Assembly: GCA_964490145.1 (NCBI GenBank)
Contig: CAZBBS010000004.1
Location: 261-64,260, forward strand
Direction of reading: 5' to 3'
Length of the DNA: 64,000 bases
Origin: an uncultured Enterobacteriaceae bacterium
GTDB lineage: Bacteria; Pseudomonadota; Gammaproteobacteria; Pseudomonadales; Pseudohongiellaceae
Shown: piece after piece, positions 33,341 through 43,245 of the stretch
Layout of the letters: every line of letters begins with the position of its first letter
How positions within the stretch are numbered: position 1 is the stretch's first letter
Notes under the pieces: model-generated
Databases searched by the model: none
Told to the model about the DNA's origin: nothing
The model's input: only the letters and a program-made list of their open reading frames with translations
Translations under genes and position numbers: made by a program

Positions 33341-34099
33341 ATGAAAAATCGAATTATCCAGATGCTCCTTGTTTCAGGCCTTTCCCTGACAGCTGTGCAG
33401 GCCTGCGCCCAGTTTGGACCTCCACCCGCTGCGCCTATAGAAAATGCCCGTGAGGCTGCGCCGATCGACATTACCGGTTACTGGGTAGCGCTGGTGACCG
33501 AGGACTGGCGATTCCGCATGATCACGGCCAAGGCGGGTGACTACGAAGGTATTGGCCTGACCCCCAAAGGCAGGGAAATCGCCAATGCCTGGGATCCTGA
33601 GGCTGATACTGCTTCGGGTAATGCCTGCAAGGCCTATGGTGCCGGTGGCCTGATGCGTATACCTACGCGTCTGCATATTACGTGGGAAAGCGATAATGTC
33701 CTGAAAATTGAAACCGATGCCGGCAAACAGGTGCGTCGCCTGAAGTTTGGTCCCGCCCGGGATAATGCCGGTGCAGGCACGCTTCAGGGCGTTAGCAATG
33801 CCGAGCTGCTGCTGGAGCGTGACAGTCCGTTCGGGCCGGTCACCTGGGGCAGTATCAAGGCTGTGACCACAGATATGGCTCCTGGCTATCTGCGACGCAA
33901 TGGTGTGCCCTACGGCAACCAGGCCGAGCTTACCGAGCATTATGAACTGCTGATCGGCGGGGATGGCACAGAGTACCTGATGGTGATTGGTGACCTTGCT
34001 GATCCGGAACACCTGACGCAATTGTTCACCACCTCGACCAATTTCAAGCGGGAGCCTGACGGGTCCAAATGGAATCCTACGGACTGCGTGGCAAACTAG
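33341..34099 (+). CDS. secreted hypothetical protein (paralogue of 31507..32373)
   Basis: The ATG at 33341 is preceded by AAGGAG. It has a signal peptide …AVQACAQ and the GYWVAL…EDW and GYLRRNGVPYGNQAELTEHY blocks. Confidence 0.7.
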   Translation: MKNRIIQMLLVSGLSLTAVQACAQFGPPPAAPIENAREAAPIDITGYWVALVTEDWRFRMITAKAGDYEGIGLTPKGREIANAWDPEADTASGNACKAYGAGGLMRIPTRLHITWESDNVLKIETDAGKQVRRLKFGPARDNAGAGTLQGVSNAELLLERDSPFGPVTWGSIKAVTTDMAPGYLRRNGVPYGNQAELTEHYELLIGGDGTEYLMVIGDLADPEHLTQLFTTSTNFKREPDGSKWNPTDCVAN

Positions 34100-34113
34100 A
34101 CAGGACTTGTAAC

Positions 34114-34141
34114 AAAAAAGGCCGCAGTTGCGGCCTTTTTT
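34114..34141. terminator. bidirectional rho-independent terminator between convergent genes
   Basis: AAAAAAGGCCGC-AGTT-GCGGCCTTTTTT. Confidence 0.8.
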
Positions 34142-34173
34142 GTGTGCGCTATATCCAGCGCTGTTATGTTCGC

Positions 34174-34569
34174 CTATTCAAAGGTCTGGTCAGCATCAAA
34201 ACCCCAGCCGAAACCATCGGAAGGGCGCAAAATGGATTCCATCCGCATACGGTAATCGGTGGCATCACGTGAAGGCTGTCCGGTAATAACCACTTCATCA
34301 CCTGGTTTGAAGGAGGTGCGGGTCAGGCCCTGGCGCATCAGCAGGCTGGCGCCGCCCCACTCAACGCCCCAGCGTTGCATGTTGCCCTCGGCATCCGGCG
34401 CCATCACCATGACGGAGGAGTGGGGGTTGCGAAAATTCATCTGGATCAATTTGCCACGGATTTCGATCATGTTGTCCATGTCGTAAGTGGCCTGGAACGA
34501 ATGGTGGGCACTGGCTGTCTGGAAAAACAGCATACTGGCAAGGACAACGAAGGCGTTACGTAATTTCAT
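34174..34569 (-). CDS. small secreted protein, DUF6152-like (tentative)
   Basis: The ATG at 34569 gives MKLRNAFVVLASMLFFQTASAHHSFQATYD…. The mature N-terminus HHSF and the size fit my recollection of that family. Confidence 0.6.
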   Translation of the reverse strand: MKLRNAFVVLASMLFFQTASAHHSFQATYDMDNMIEIRGKLIQMNFRNPHSSVMVMAPDAEGNMQRWGVEWGGASLLMRQGLTRTSFKPGDEVVITGQPSRDATDYRMRMESILRPSDGFGWGFDADQTFE

Positions 34570-34678
34570 GCAGGCTTCCCCTAACTGCTGATACTGAGTG
34601 GTTTTAAGAACTGGCACGATTATAACTGAATGGTGTTCGCCTTGGCATACTTTACTTCATGGCTATTCAGCAGGCATT

Positions 34679-34704
34679 AAAAAACCGGCTAATGCCGGTT
34701 TTTT
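34679..34704 (-). terminator. rho-independent terminator of rpsT (symmetrical A/T flanks)
   Basis: AAAAAACCGGC-TAAT-GCCGGTTTTTT, 19 nt downstream of the rpsT stop. Confidence 0.75.
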
Positions 34705-34722
34705 AATTAAATCAATAGCTTA

Positions 34723-34989
34723 TCAGGCTTTAAGGGCCTTGATAGCGCTGTTCAGGCGGCTCTTGTGACGGGCAGCCTTGTTGGCGTGGATCAGGCCTTT
34801 GTCAGCCATACGGTCAATGACCGGCACGGCGGACTGGTAAGCGGCGGTAGCCTGGTCATAATCCTGGGTTTCAATGGCAGCGTTTACCTTCTTGATATAG
34901 GTGCGCACCATGGAACGGGCACTGGCGTTGTGCTTGCGGCGTGCTTCTGCCTGTTTTGCCCTTTTGCGGGCCTGTGGAGAGTTAGCCAA
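34723..34989 (-). CDS. rpsT: 30S ribosomal protein S20
   Basis: [21 protein letters not shown]…. Confidence 0.97.
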   Translation of the reverse strand: MANSPQARKRAKQAEARRKHNASARSMVRTYIKKVNAAIETQDYDQATAAYQSAVPVIDRMADKGLIHANKAARHKSRLNSAIKALKA

Positions 34990-35143
34990 TGGGGTCTCCT
35001 TCTCTCTGCTCTGTTGCTCTGGTCTGTGTGTCTATTAGTGCCGATTAAGGTCAGCACCCTGAAAAAAGACGCGAATCATGCAGTTTTCGCCCGCTTTTGT
35101 CAACTCCAACGCCATGATATGCGCCCATACTGGCTGTGATAAT

Positions 35144-36754
35144 ATGCGACGTCACCAAATACAGCCCGGAGACCCCCCAAGCGTGCAGAAAGCAGAAGAC
35201 AGGCAGGAGACCTCAGAAGTCGCCAAATCCAGCCTGCAAGTCTCCCTGATGACATTTCTGTCGAGAATTCTTGGCCTGGCCCGGGAAATCGTTTTTGCAG
35301 CGGTGTTTGGGGACGGGCCTGCCGCAGATGCCTTTTTTGTCGCCTTCCGGATTCCCAATTTCCTGCGTCGCCTGTTTGCCGAGGGCGCCTTTTCCCAGGC
35401 ATTTGTCCCGGTACTCTCTGAATACCGGAAAACCCGTCCCTTCGATGACATCAAGGAACTGGTCGATCATGTGGCTGGACGTTTGTCATCCATTCTTCTG
35501 CTGGTCACCATCATTGGTGTTATTGGAGCACCGGTTATCGGCGGCATTTTCGCCTACGGATACCGGGATACGCCTGACAAGTTTGCCCTGCTTGTCGACA
35601 TGCTGCGTATTACCTTTCCCTATATCCTGTTGATTTCCCTCACCGGTTTTGCCGGATCAGTACTCAATGCCTATGGCCGTTTTGGCGTGCCGGCCATGAC
35701 ACCGATTTTTCTCAACCTGACCCTGATCAGCTGTGCGCTCTGGTTGAGTCCATTGTTTGCCGAACCTGTGATTGCCCTGGCCTGGGGGGTATTGCTTGCC
35801 GGCATCATCCAGTTGATGTTCCAGCTTCCCTTTCTGGGGCACCTGAAACTGTTGCCCCGTCCCAGGCTCAAACCCAGGCATGAAGGGGTCACCAGGGTGA
35901 TTGCCCTGATGGTGCCGGTGATGTTCAGTGTGTCAGTGGGCCAGGTGAACCTGCTGCTGGATACTGTCCTGGCAACAGCACTGCAGGGTGATGGTGCCGT
36001 GAGCTGGCTTTATTATTCGGACCGCCTGATGGAGTTGCCGCTGGGTATTTTTGCCATTGCCATTGCGACAGTTATTTTGCCCACCCTGTCCCGCATCCAT
36101 GCTGTGGCTGATACAGCAAAATTCGAGGAAACCCTGGACTGGGGACTCAGGTCCATACTCCTTATTGGTTTGCCAGCATCCTTGGCCCTGTATGTACTGG
36201 CGGAACCGCTCATAGTCACGCTGTATCAGAGAGGCGAGTTCGGGCTGGACTCAGTGGACCCGACGGCCCGCAGCCTGCGGGCCTATGCTGTTGGCCTGCT
36301 GGGTTTCATGAGTATCAAGGTGCTGGCAACGGCCTATTTCTCGCGGCAGGATACCTCAACCCCGGTGCGTTTTGCCGTGATTGCGATGGTGTGCAACATG
36401 GTCTTCAACCTGCTGCTCATCATCCCTATGGCTCATGCCGGTCTGGCCCTGGCCACGTCCCTGTCTGCTTTCGTGAATGGCGGGCTGCTGCTGAAAGGCC
36501 TGTATGACCAGGGTGTCTTCCGTTTTCACAGCCACTGGATTATCTACCTGTTCCGGCTGGCCGTTGGTTGTGTGGTGATGGTCCTGGTGCTGAACCTTGG
36601 GAATGTTCTGGGGGGCGTTAATGCCTGGACAGCGGCGGATACCGGTACCCGGGTTGTTAACCTAGCCTGGCTTTGCCTTTCCGGTGCGGCCAGCTATGGG
36701 CTTGCCTTGCTGGCCTGTGGGCTCAGACCTTCCCATTTCCGGCATCGGGCCTGA
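35144..36754 (+). CDS. murJ: lipid II flippase MurJ
   Basis: …SRILGLAREIVFAAVFGDGPAADAFFVAFRIPNFLRRLFAEGAFSQAFVPVL… is the MurJ signature. It has about 14 TM helices. The start is uncertain (ATG at 35144 or a later GTG). Confidence 0.9.
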   Translation: MRRHQIQPGDPPSVQKAEDRQETSEVAKSSLQVSLMTFLSRILGLAREIVFAAVFGDGPAADAFFVAFRIPNFLRRLFAEGAFSQAFVPVLSEYRKTRPFDDIKELVDHVAGRLSSILLLVTIIGVIGAPVIGGIFAYGYRDTPDKFALLVDMLRITFPYILLISLTGFAGSVLNAYGRFGVPAMTPIFLNLTLISCALWLSPLFAEPVIALAWGVLLAGIIQLMFQLPFLGHLKLLPRPRLKPRHEGVTRVIALMVPVMFSVSVGQVNLLLDTVLATALQGDGAVSWLYYSDRLMELPLGIFAIAIATVILPTLSRIHAVADTAKFEETLDWGLRSILLIGLPASLALYVLAEPLIVTLYQRGEFGLDSVDPTARSLRAYAVGLLGFMSIKVLATAYFSRQDTSTPVRFAVIAMVCNMVFNLLLIIPMAHAGLALATSLSAFVNGGLLLKGLYDQGVFRFHSHWIIYLFRLAVGCVVMVLVLNLGNVLGGVNAWTAADTGTRVVNLAWLCLSGAASYGLALLACGLRPSHFRHRA

Positions 36755-36794
36755 CACATTATACTTGGCAGCTTTTGCATCCTCTTTCGATCAC

Positions 36795-37727
36795 ATGAGT
36801 CTTTATACGGATTTTCCAAGTTTCCAGGCTGAATATTCTGGCTGCGTTGCAACTATCGGCAAATACGATGGATTGCATATCGGGCACCAGCATGTCCTGA
36901 AAACACTTTGCCAGGCGGCACAGGCCAGGAACCTGCCGTCCGTGGTCATTATCAGTGAACCTCATCCTGAAGAATATTTTGCCGGTGACAAGGCAGCTCC
37001 CAGGCTGACCCAGTTTGAGGACAAGGTTGAATATCTGCTGGGTTTTGGCATCGATGCTGTGTTCAAAATGACCTTTGACCAGGCCCTTTGCCAGCTTGAG
37101 GCCATGGACTTCATCAACGGGTTCCTGGTGGAGGGGCTGAATGTCAAAGCCCTGATTGTGGGTGACGACTTTCGTTTTGGTCGCAACCGGCAGGGTGACT
37201 TTGATCTGCTGGTCTCCCAGGGTGCAATAGCGGGATTCGAGGTGTTACGAGAGGAACCCTTCGAGGCGGATGGTGAGCGTGTCAGCAGCACCCTGGTGCG
37301 CAACTACCTGCAACAGGGCGACACCGAAACGGTAAGGTCGCTGCTGGGGCGTTATTACAGTATCGGAGGAGAAGTGGTGCCAGGCCGTAAGCTCGGCAGG
37401 GAACTGGGTTTCCCCACAGCCAACATTGCGCTGTCCATGACAAAACTGCCCTTGCAGGGGATTTTCAGTGTCCTGGTCGACTGGCAGGGGCAGACGTTGA
37501 AAGGGGTAGCCAGCCTGGGATTCAATCCCACGGTTGAAAGCACAAAGACGCCAAAGCTGGAGGTCTTTATATTTGATTTTGATGAGGATATTTACGGAGA
37601 ACACCTGCATGTTTCCTTTGTCAGGAAGCTGCGGGATGAAGAGGCTTATCCCGATCTGGAATCCCTCAAGAAGCAGATTTACATTGATATAGAACAGGCC
37701 AAAGACTCACTGGCGGCGCTGATATGA
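36795..37727 (+). CDS. ribF: bifunctional riboflavin kinase / FMN adenylyltransferase
   Basis: The ATG at 36795 gives …VATIGKYDGLHIGHQ… (FAD synthetase), with C-terminal riboflavin kinase blocks (GRKLGRELGFPTANI). Confidence 0.9.
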   Translation: MSLYTDFPSFQAEYSGCVATIGKYDGLHIGHQHVLKTLCQAAQARNLPSVVIISEPHPEEYFAGDKAAPRLTQFEDKVEYLLGFGIDAVFKMTFDQALCQLEAMDFINGFLVEGLNVKALIVGDDFRFGRNRQGDFDLLVSQGAIAGFEVLREEPFEADGERVSSTLVRNYLQQGDTETVRSLLGRYYSIGGEVVPGRKLGRELGFPTANIALSMTKLPLQGIFSVLVDWQGQTLKGVASLGFNPTVESTKTPKLEVFIFDFDEDIYGEHLHVSFVRKLRDEEAYPDLESLKKQIYIDIEQAKDSLAALI

Positions 37728-38260
37728 ACACACAAAGCCCACAAGTACCGGAATCTTCAGGGGCTGCCCGCAAGGCAGGTTTGTGGTATGGCATTGCAGC
37801 GGCCATAGTGATCATTGACCAGTTGACCAAGTATTACAGTAATACCCTGTTGATCGAAGGGCGGCCTGTGACAATCTTTCCCGGGTTTGATTTGCTGCTG
37901 GCTTACAACCGGGGAGCGGCATTCAGTTTTCTCAACGACGCCGACGGCTGGCAGCGTTGGCTGCTGACAGGGATTTCGCTGGGGGTTAGCCTTTTTCTGG
38001 TTACCTGGATCAGAAAAATAACAGCCGGGCAGACGCTGCTGGGCCTGTCCCTGGCGATGATACTGGGGGGGGCGCTGGGGAACCTGTATGACAGGATGAT
38101 GGCTGGCTATGTAATAGACTTTATCAGTGTCTATGCCGGTGATTACCGCTTCGCGACATTCAATATCGCTGATGCTGCCATCAGTGTCGGGGCCGGGTTG
38201 ATGATCCTGGATATTCTGCTGGATGGCCGGCAGGCAAAAAAGGAAATCAGCGAGGAATGA
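37724..38260 (+). CDS. lspA: lipoprotein signal peptidase II
   Basis: 178 aa with 4 TM helices, NRGAAFSF and FNIADAAI motifs, and an ATGA overlap with ribF. Confidence 0.9.
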   Translation: MNTQSPQVPESSGAARKAGLWYGIAAAIVIIDQLTKYYSNTLLIEGRPVTIFPGFDLLLAYNRGAAFSFLNDADGWQRWLLTGISLGVSLFLVTWIRKITAGQTLLGLSLAMILGGALGNLYDRMMAGYVIDFISVYAGDYRFATFNIADAAISVGAGLMILDILLDGRQAKKEISEE

Positions 38261-38282
38261 GGCCTGGAAAGGGTCTGAAGAC

Positions 38283-38798
38283 ATGATGGATAAAATAGAG
38301 GTCAGGAATATTACACCTGTGGCGGCTGAAACCGGGGCGGCCGAGGTTGAACGTTACGCCAGGGACCAGGTGGGTCCAGGCAAGCAGGTTGTTCTGCATT
38401 TTGAATTGCGCCTGACCGACGGTACTGTCATCGATAGTAACTTTGAGGGAAAGGCGGTGAGTTTCAAAATAGGGGATGGCAATCTCCTGCCAGGATTTGA
38501 GCAGGCGATTTTTGGTTTGCGCAAGGGGCAGGAGCAGACCGTGGAAGTCGCACCTGAAAAAGCCTTTGGACAGGTAAACCCGGATAACATCCAGCAGTTT
38601 CCCCGTTACCGCTTTCCGGCTGACCTTGTGCTGGAAAAAGGACTGGTCATCAATTTTGCTGATGCTGAAGGCAATGACCAGCCTGGTGTGATAGCGGAAT
38701 ATTCATCGGAAAGGGTCAGTGTGGATTTCAATCATCCCCTGGCAGGCAGGGCTATAATGTTCCGGGTAAAAATACTGGAAGTGGAAAAACAGGATTGA
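38283..38798 (+). CDS. fkpB: FKBP-type peptidyl-prolyl isomerase (FkpB/SlpA-like)
   Basis: …[21 protein letters not shown]… is colinear with E. coli FkpB. It sits in the lspA-fkpB-ispH order. The start is uncertain. Confidence 0.85.
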   Translation: MMDKIEVRNITPVAAETGAAEVERYARDQVGPGKQVVLHFELRLTDGTVIDSNFEGKAVSFKIGDGNLLPGFEQAIFGLRKGQEQTVEVAPEKAFGQVNPDNIQQFPRYRFPADLVLEKGLVINFADAEGNDQPGVIAEYSSERVSVDFNHPLAGRAIMFRVKILEVEKQD

Positions 38799-38808
38799 GA
38801 ATCAGGGC

Positions 38809-39786
38809 ATGAGTACAGAATCCCCAGGTATGAAAATCAACCTCGCCAACCCCCGGGGGTTTTGTGCGGGCGTGGATCGGGCCATAGACATTGTTAACCG
38901 TGCCCTGGACCTGTTCGGACCTCCTATCTATGTGAGGCATGAAGTTGTTCATAACAAGACGGTGGTTGAATCGCTGAAACAGCGTGGCGCTGTATTTGTT
39001 GATGAGCTTGTCGATGTGCCGCTGGTCAACAGTAGTGGGGAGCCCTCGATAGTGATTTTCAGTGCACATGGTGTCTCCCGCGGGGTCAAGGAAGAAGCCG
39101 AGAATCTCGGGCTGAGGGTTTTTGATGCAACGTGTCCGCTGGTGACCAAAGTCCACCTTGAAGTGATCAAGTACAGCAATGCTGGCCAGGAGTGCATTCT
39201 TATCGGTCATGAGTTCCATCCTGAAGTGGAGGGCACCATGGGGCAATATGATGCCGGCAAGGGTGGGCAGATTTACCTGGTCGAATCAGAGGACGATGTC
39301 AGCAGGTTGACAGTCAATGATGAAAACAACCTGGCTTATGTTACCCAGACAACATTATCCATGGATGATACCTCACGCATTATCGATGCCCTGAGAAAAC
39401 GCTTTCCAGCGATCAATGGGCCGAGAAAGAAGGATATTTGCTACGCTACCCAGAATCGTCAGGATGCGGTCAAGCAGTTGGCCCTGGAGAGTGACCTGGT
39501 GCTGGTAGTGGGGTCGCCCAATTCCTCGAACTCCAATCGTCTTCGTGAGTTGGCAGAACGCATGGGGAGTGAGGCCTACCTGATCGATCATGCGGGTGAA
39601 ATCGATAAGCGCTGGTTCGAGAATAAAAAAGCTGTCGGTGTAACAGCCGGGGCTTCGGCGCCGGAAATCCTGGTGGCTGAGGTTATTGAACGGCTGAGGG
39701 AGATGGGGGGTGTTCAGCCAATTGAGATGGAAGGCGTTGAAGAAAATATCATGTTCTCGATGCCCAGGGAGCTGAAGCGGGCCTGA
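38809..39786 (+). CDS. ispH: 4-hydroxy-3-methylbut-2-enyl diphosphate reductase
   Basis: …[13 protein letters not shown]…VHNK…[10 protein letters not shown]… carries the three Fe-S Cys. Confidence 0.95.
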   Translation: MSTESPGMKINLANPRGFCAGVDRAIDIVNRALDLFGPPIYVRHEVVHNKTVVESLKQRGAVFVDELVDVPLVNSSGEPSIVIFSAHGVSRGVKEEAENLGLRVFDATCPLVTKVHLEVIKYSNAGQECILIGHEFHPEVEGTMGQYDAGKGGQIYLVESEDDVSRLTVNDENNLAYVTQTTLSMDDTSRIIDALRKRFPAINGPRKKDICYATQNRQDAVKQLALESDLVLVVGSPNSSNSNRLRELAERMGSEAYLIDHAGEIDKRWFENKKAVGVTAGASAPEILVAEVIERLREMGGVQPIEMEGVEENIMFSMPRELKRA

Positions 39787-39790
39787 TCAT

Positions 39791-41161
39791 TCAGTCAATG
39801 CCCAGTTTTTTCAGACGGTAGCGAAAGGCCCGGAATGACATGCCCAGTTTTTCGGCTGCTGCTGTTTTATGCCAACGGGTTTCTTCCAGGGTTTTTTCTA
39901 TCGCGGCACGTTCGATACTTTCCAGATAATCTTCCAGAGAAAAACTGTCTTCCCGTGACACCAGTTCACGGGCTTCCTCGATGTCGCTTTCCAGGTCCGG
40001 TTTGCTGCTGTGCTGCAGGGGCGGCAGGTCACTTTCCTGTATGAGGTCGCCATCTGCCATGGCCAGAGCCCGCTGCAGGATATTTTCCAGTTCCCTGACA
40101 TTGCCCGGGAAGCGGTACTGCTGCAACCGGGAGACGGCCTCATCACTCAGGCCCACTTTACCTGTCCCGGATTCCTCTGCCAGGTAGGAGAGGAAGTGCC
40201 TGGCCAGTGCCGGAATATCTTCCAGCCGGTCGCGCAATGGAGGCACATTCAATTCAATGACGTTGATGCGGTAGTACAGGTCCTGGCGAACATTGCCTTT
40301 ATTGACTTCTTCCGTCAGGTTTTTGTGGGTTGCACTGATAATACGGACATCCACCGGAACTTCGGATTCTGAACCGATAGGCCTGACAGACTTTTCCTGT
40401 ATGGCACGCAGTAATTTTACCTGCATATGCAGCGGCAGATCAGCGATTTCATCCAGGAACAGGCTGCCGCCGCTCGCTGCCTGGAACAGGCCGGTCTTGT
40501 CGCTATGCGCACCGGTAAAACTGCCTTTTTTATGGCCAAAAAATTCACTTTCCATCAGCTCGGACGGAATGGCTCCGCAGTTGATGGCAATAAAATCCCG
40601 GTCTTTGCGTGGACCCTGGGTGTGAATGGCCCTGGCCACAAGTTCTTTACCGCTGCCGGATTCTCCGCTGATGAAAACCGGCGCCTGGCTGCGGGCCAGC
40701 TTGTTGATCTGGGTTTGCAGCTGCTTCATCTTTGCAGATTCACCAACGATTTTTACTCTCGTGTCCTCGTTGGCGGCTTCCTTGTCCAGCAGGTCATGCT
40801 CGAGTTTCAGGGCGGTAGTGACCATCTCCCGGAGCTTGCGAATATCCACAGGCTTGGACACGAAATCAAAGGCCCCTGATTTCAGTGCAGTAATGGCTGT
40901 CTCAGTGCTGCCATGAGCCGTGATGACAGCTACCGGGATATGGGGATAATGTGCCTGGATTTCCCTCACCAGTTCAATGCCATTGCCATCAGGAAGCTTC
41001 ATGTCGGTCAGGCACAGATGAAAGTCCCCTTGCTGAAGCAGGCTGCGGGCCTGGGTCAGGTCGCAGGCAGAGGCTGTCTTCAGTTCCATCCGTCCGAGCG
41101 TGATTTCAAGCAATTCACGGATATCCGGTTCATCATCAACGATCAATACCTGGTGATTCAT
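39791..41161 (-). CDS. pilR: sigma-54-dependent response regulator PilR
   Basis: Its receiver domain closely resembles P. aeruginosa PilR (LIVDDEPDIRELLEITLGRM…CLTDMKLPDG). It also has an AAA+ sigma-54 domain (GESGSGKE, GAFTGA-like) and a C-terminal HTH. Confidence 0.9.
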   Translation of the reverse strand: MNHQVLIVDDEPDIRELLEITLGRMELKTASACDLTQARSLLQQGDFHLCLTDMKLPDGNGIELVREIQAHYPHIPVAVITAHGSTETAITALKSGAFDFVSKPVDIRKLREMVTTALKLEHDLLDKEAANEDTRVKIVGESAKMKQLQTQINKLARSQAPVFISGESGSGKELVARAIHTQGPRKDRDFIAINCGAIPSELMESEFFGHKKGSFTGAHSDKTGLFQAASGGSLFLDEIADLPLHMQVKLLRAIQEKSVRPIGSESEVPVDVRIISATHKNLTEEVNKGNVRQDLYYRINVIELNVPPLRDRLEDIPALARHFLSYLAEESGTGKVGLSDEAVSRLQQYRFPGNVRELENILQRALAMADGDLIQESDLPPLQHSSKPDLESDIEEARELVSREDSFSLEDYLESIERAAIEKTLEETRWHKTAAAEKLGMSFRAFRYRLKKLGID

Positions 41162-41172
41162 TTTACTGCTGC

Positions 41173-42795
41173 TTACCTGATGTCGGGATTGGAAAAACTG
41201 ATCTGGAAAGTATTCTTGCCCTGGTGGCTGGTGTTGTAGCTCAGTCGGGCTCGATTAGCGTCGCATATTTCCCGGCAAATAAACAGGCCAAGCCCGGTAC
41301 CGCTTTTTTCTGTGGTGAAGAAGGGCTCAAATACCTGCTGGCTGAGTGATTCCGGAATACCTTCGCCATCATCAATCACTAACAGAACGGGCAGGCCTTC
41401 TTCCCTGCTGGATTCCACCTTGATGATGATATGGGCAGTGCCAGTCAATTTGGCGCTGTAGCGCAACCCGTTTTCACAAAGGTTGGTCAGGACCTGTTCC
41501 AGTTGGCCGGGCTTAAACAGAATTTCCAGTTCGGGGGCATCCATCACCACCTCGATATTGTGTTCCCCTGACTGGGAGTTGGAAAATTTACTGACAAACT
41601 GGTCGAGCCAGGGTTTGATGGGAAATCGTTCCAACTGCTCTGCCTTGTTTCTCGACAGATCCAGTATGTTTTCTATGATGTTGTTGACCCGTTTTGAATG
41701 GGTGTCGATGATTTCCAGAAGACGTTGATCGTTGCTGTTGATATCGGGTGACTCATTAAGCAGTTGGCTGGCATGCGAGATGGCGCCCAGGGGGTTGCGT
41801 ACTTCATGGGCGATGCTGGCCGTGAGACGGCCAAGAGACATCAGTTTCATTTGTTGGGCACGACTGGTGAGCAGTGTGTAGTCTTCCAGAAAAATAAGGA
41901 TGGATGGGGCGTGGCTTTCCTCCGGATTCAGATAGGAAAAGCTGGCCTGCAACTCCCGGGAGGAATCACTGAGACTGAAATGAGGGAGGGAGACCTTGTT
42001 GTTTTCCTGCCACCACTGCAGTTGTTCCATCAGCACTTCTGGCAGAATTATGGTGTCGTTATCTCCGTCAGATTTATGCAGGAAGCGCCTGGCGGCGTCA
42101 TTGATCGTGAGTATCATGCCTTCGCTGTCCACGACCAGGATGCCGTTATGCATGCGCATGATGATATGGTTGTTCATTTCCTGCAGGGAGCGAATATTGG
42201 TGGCCTGCTGTAACGCCAGCTGTTCATTCTGACGGATGCGTCCCCCAAGGTATTGCAGTAATCCTGACACGGCAAACAGGATAAAGCCCAGCAGTCCTGC
42301 CTGGACGAAATAATCAAGGCCTTCATCGATGATGAGATAGAGGTAGGCCTCGCAATAGATGATCAGTATGGAGGCTACAGCGGCAAAAAAAGTACTCAGC
42401 CGGCTGCGGAATAACAGGCTTCCCGTGGAAATGGGTACGATCATCAGATTGGCCATGCCGCTGCTGACACCGCCGCAGGTGTAGCTGATCAGCACCAGGA
42501 AAATAATATCGACAAGTATTATCGCGACAAACTGTGATCGTTCCAGCCCAGTGCTCTGAGGGAGCAGCACCCTGAAAAAAGCCAACATGTTAAAGACGTT
42601 GTACACCACGATAACCTGAATGAAGAGTTCGGGGTTTACACTGCCAAGATTGAACGTGAGTGACTTGAAAAAGAAACTGATCAGCAGGATCAGTGACAGC
42701 ACCAGCCGGTAAATATTGTAGATATCGAATATCTTCCGGTTCTGATGTTCTGCGGAATCGGTGTTTTCGAGAATTCTGGTGTTAGAGTCAGGCAT
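41173..42795 (-). CDS. pilS: sensor histidine kinase PilS
   Basis: It has six N-terminal TM helices, a PAS-like linker, an H-box (ASIAHEVRNPL) and N/G boxes (DDGEGIP, GTGLGL). It lies upstream of pilR. Confidence 0.85.
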   Translation of the reverse strand: MPDSNTRILENTDSAEHQNRKIFDIYNIYRLVLSLILLISFFFKSLTFNLGSVNPELFIQVIVVYNVFNMLAFFRVLLPQSTGLERSQFVAIILVDIIFLVLISYTCGGVSSGMANLMIVPISTGSLLFRSRLSTFFAAVASILIIYCEAYLYLIIDEGLDYFVQAGLLGFILFAVSGLLQYLGGRIRQNEQLALQQATNIRSLQEMNNHIIMRMHNGILVVDSEGMILTINDAARRFLHKSDGDNDTIILPEVLMEQLQWWQENNKVSLPHFSLSDSSRELQASFSYLNPEESHAPSILIFLEDYTLLTSRAQQMKLMSLGRLTASIAHEVRNPLGAISHASQLLNESPDINSNDQRLLEIIDTHSKRVNNIIENILDLSRNKAEQLERFPIKPWLDQFVSKFSNSQSGEHNIEVVMDAPELEILFKPGQLEQVLTNLCENGLRYSAKLTGTAHIIIKVESSREEGLPVLLVIDDGEGIPESLSQQVFEPFFTTEKSGTGLGLFICREICDANRARLSYNTSHQGKNTFQISFSNPDIR

Positions 42796-42828
42796 GCTGG
42801 GCGTGAATCCGTCAGTAAGAAACAGACG

Positions 42829-43074
42829 CTAGCGCTGACTGCCGGAGGTCAGGTATTTGTGTTTGTGTTCTTCGCTGCAGAACCAGAGCTGCTCATGCCT
42901 GACGGCGCGGGATTCAGGAAGATGCACATTGCAATATTTGCAAGGTACCATGTTGGCCTGCTTCAGGGTGTTTTGCTTCCGGCTCGGCTTTTTTCCAGCC
43001 TCCTGGAATTTCCTGACCATGCGCAAGCAAAGCCAGACAACCACGCCGAGGATAATGAGTCTGATCAAGCCCAT
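42829..43074 (-). CDS. small membrane-anchored protein with C-terminal Cys/His zinc-ribbon-like motif (PP0621-family-like, tentative)
   Basis: 81 aa with an N-terminal TM helix, then CKYC-x17-CSEEHKH. It lies immediately upstream of pilS on the same strand. Confidence 0.55.
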   Translation of the reverse strand: MGLIRLIILGVVVWLCLRMVRKFQEAGKKPSRKQNTLKQANMVPCKYCNVHLPESRAVRHEQLWFCSEEHKHKYLTSGSQR

Positions 43075-43245
43075 AAAAAATCTTTATAATGTCAATTCGG
43101 TGTCAGACAATACCGCACCTGTTTGACAATATCCATACATGCTTGAGCGTACAAAAGCTTGTTCCCGGTTGCCCAACAGCCCCGGATTTGACCGGATGCT
43201 GGCGGAAAATCAAGATAGCAAAACTCCATTGGCTGGTTAGGTTGC

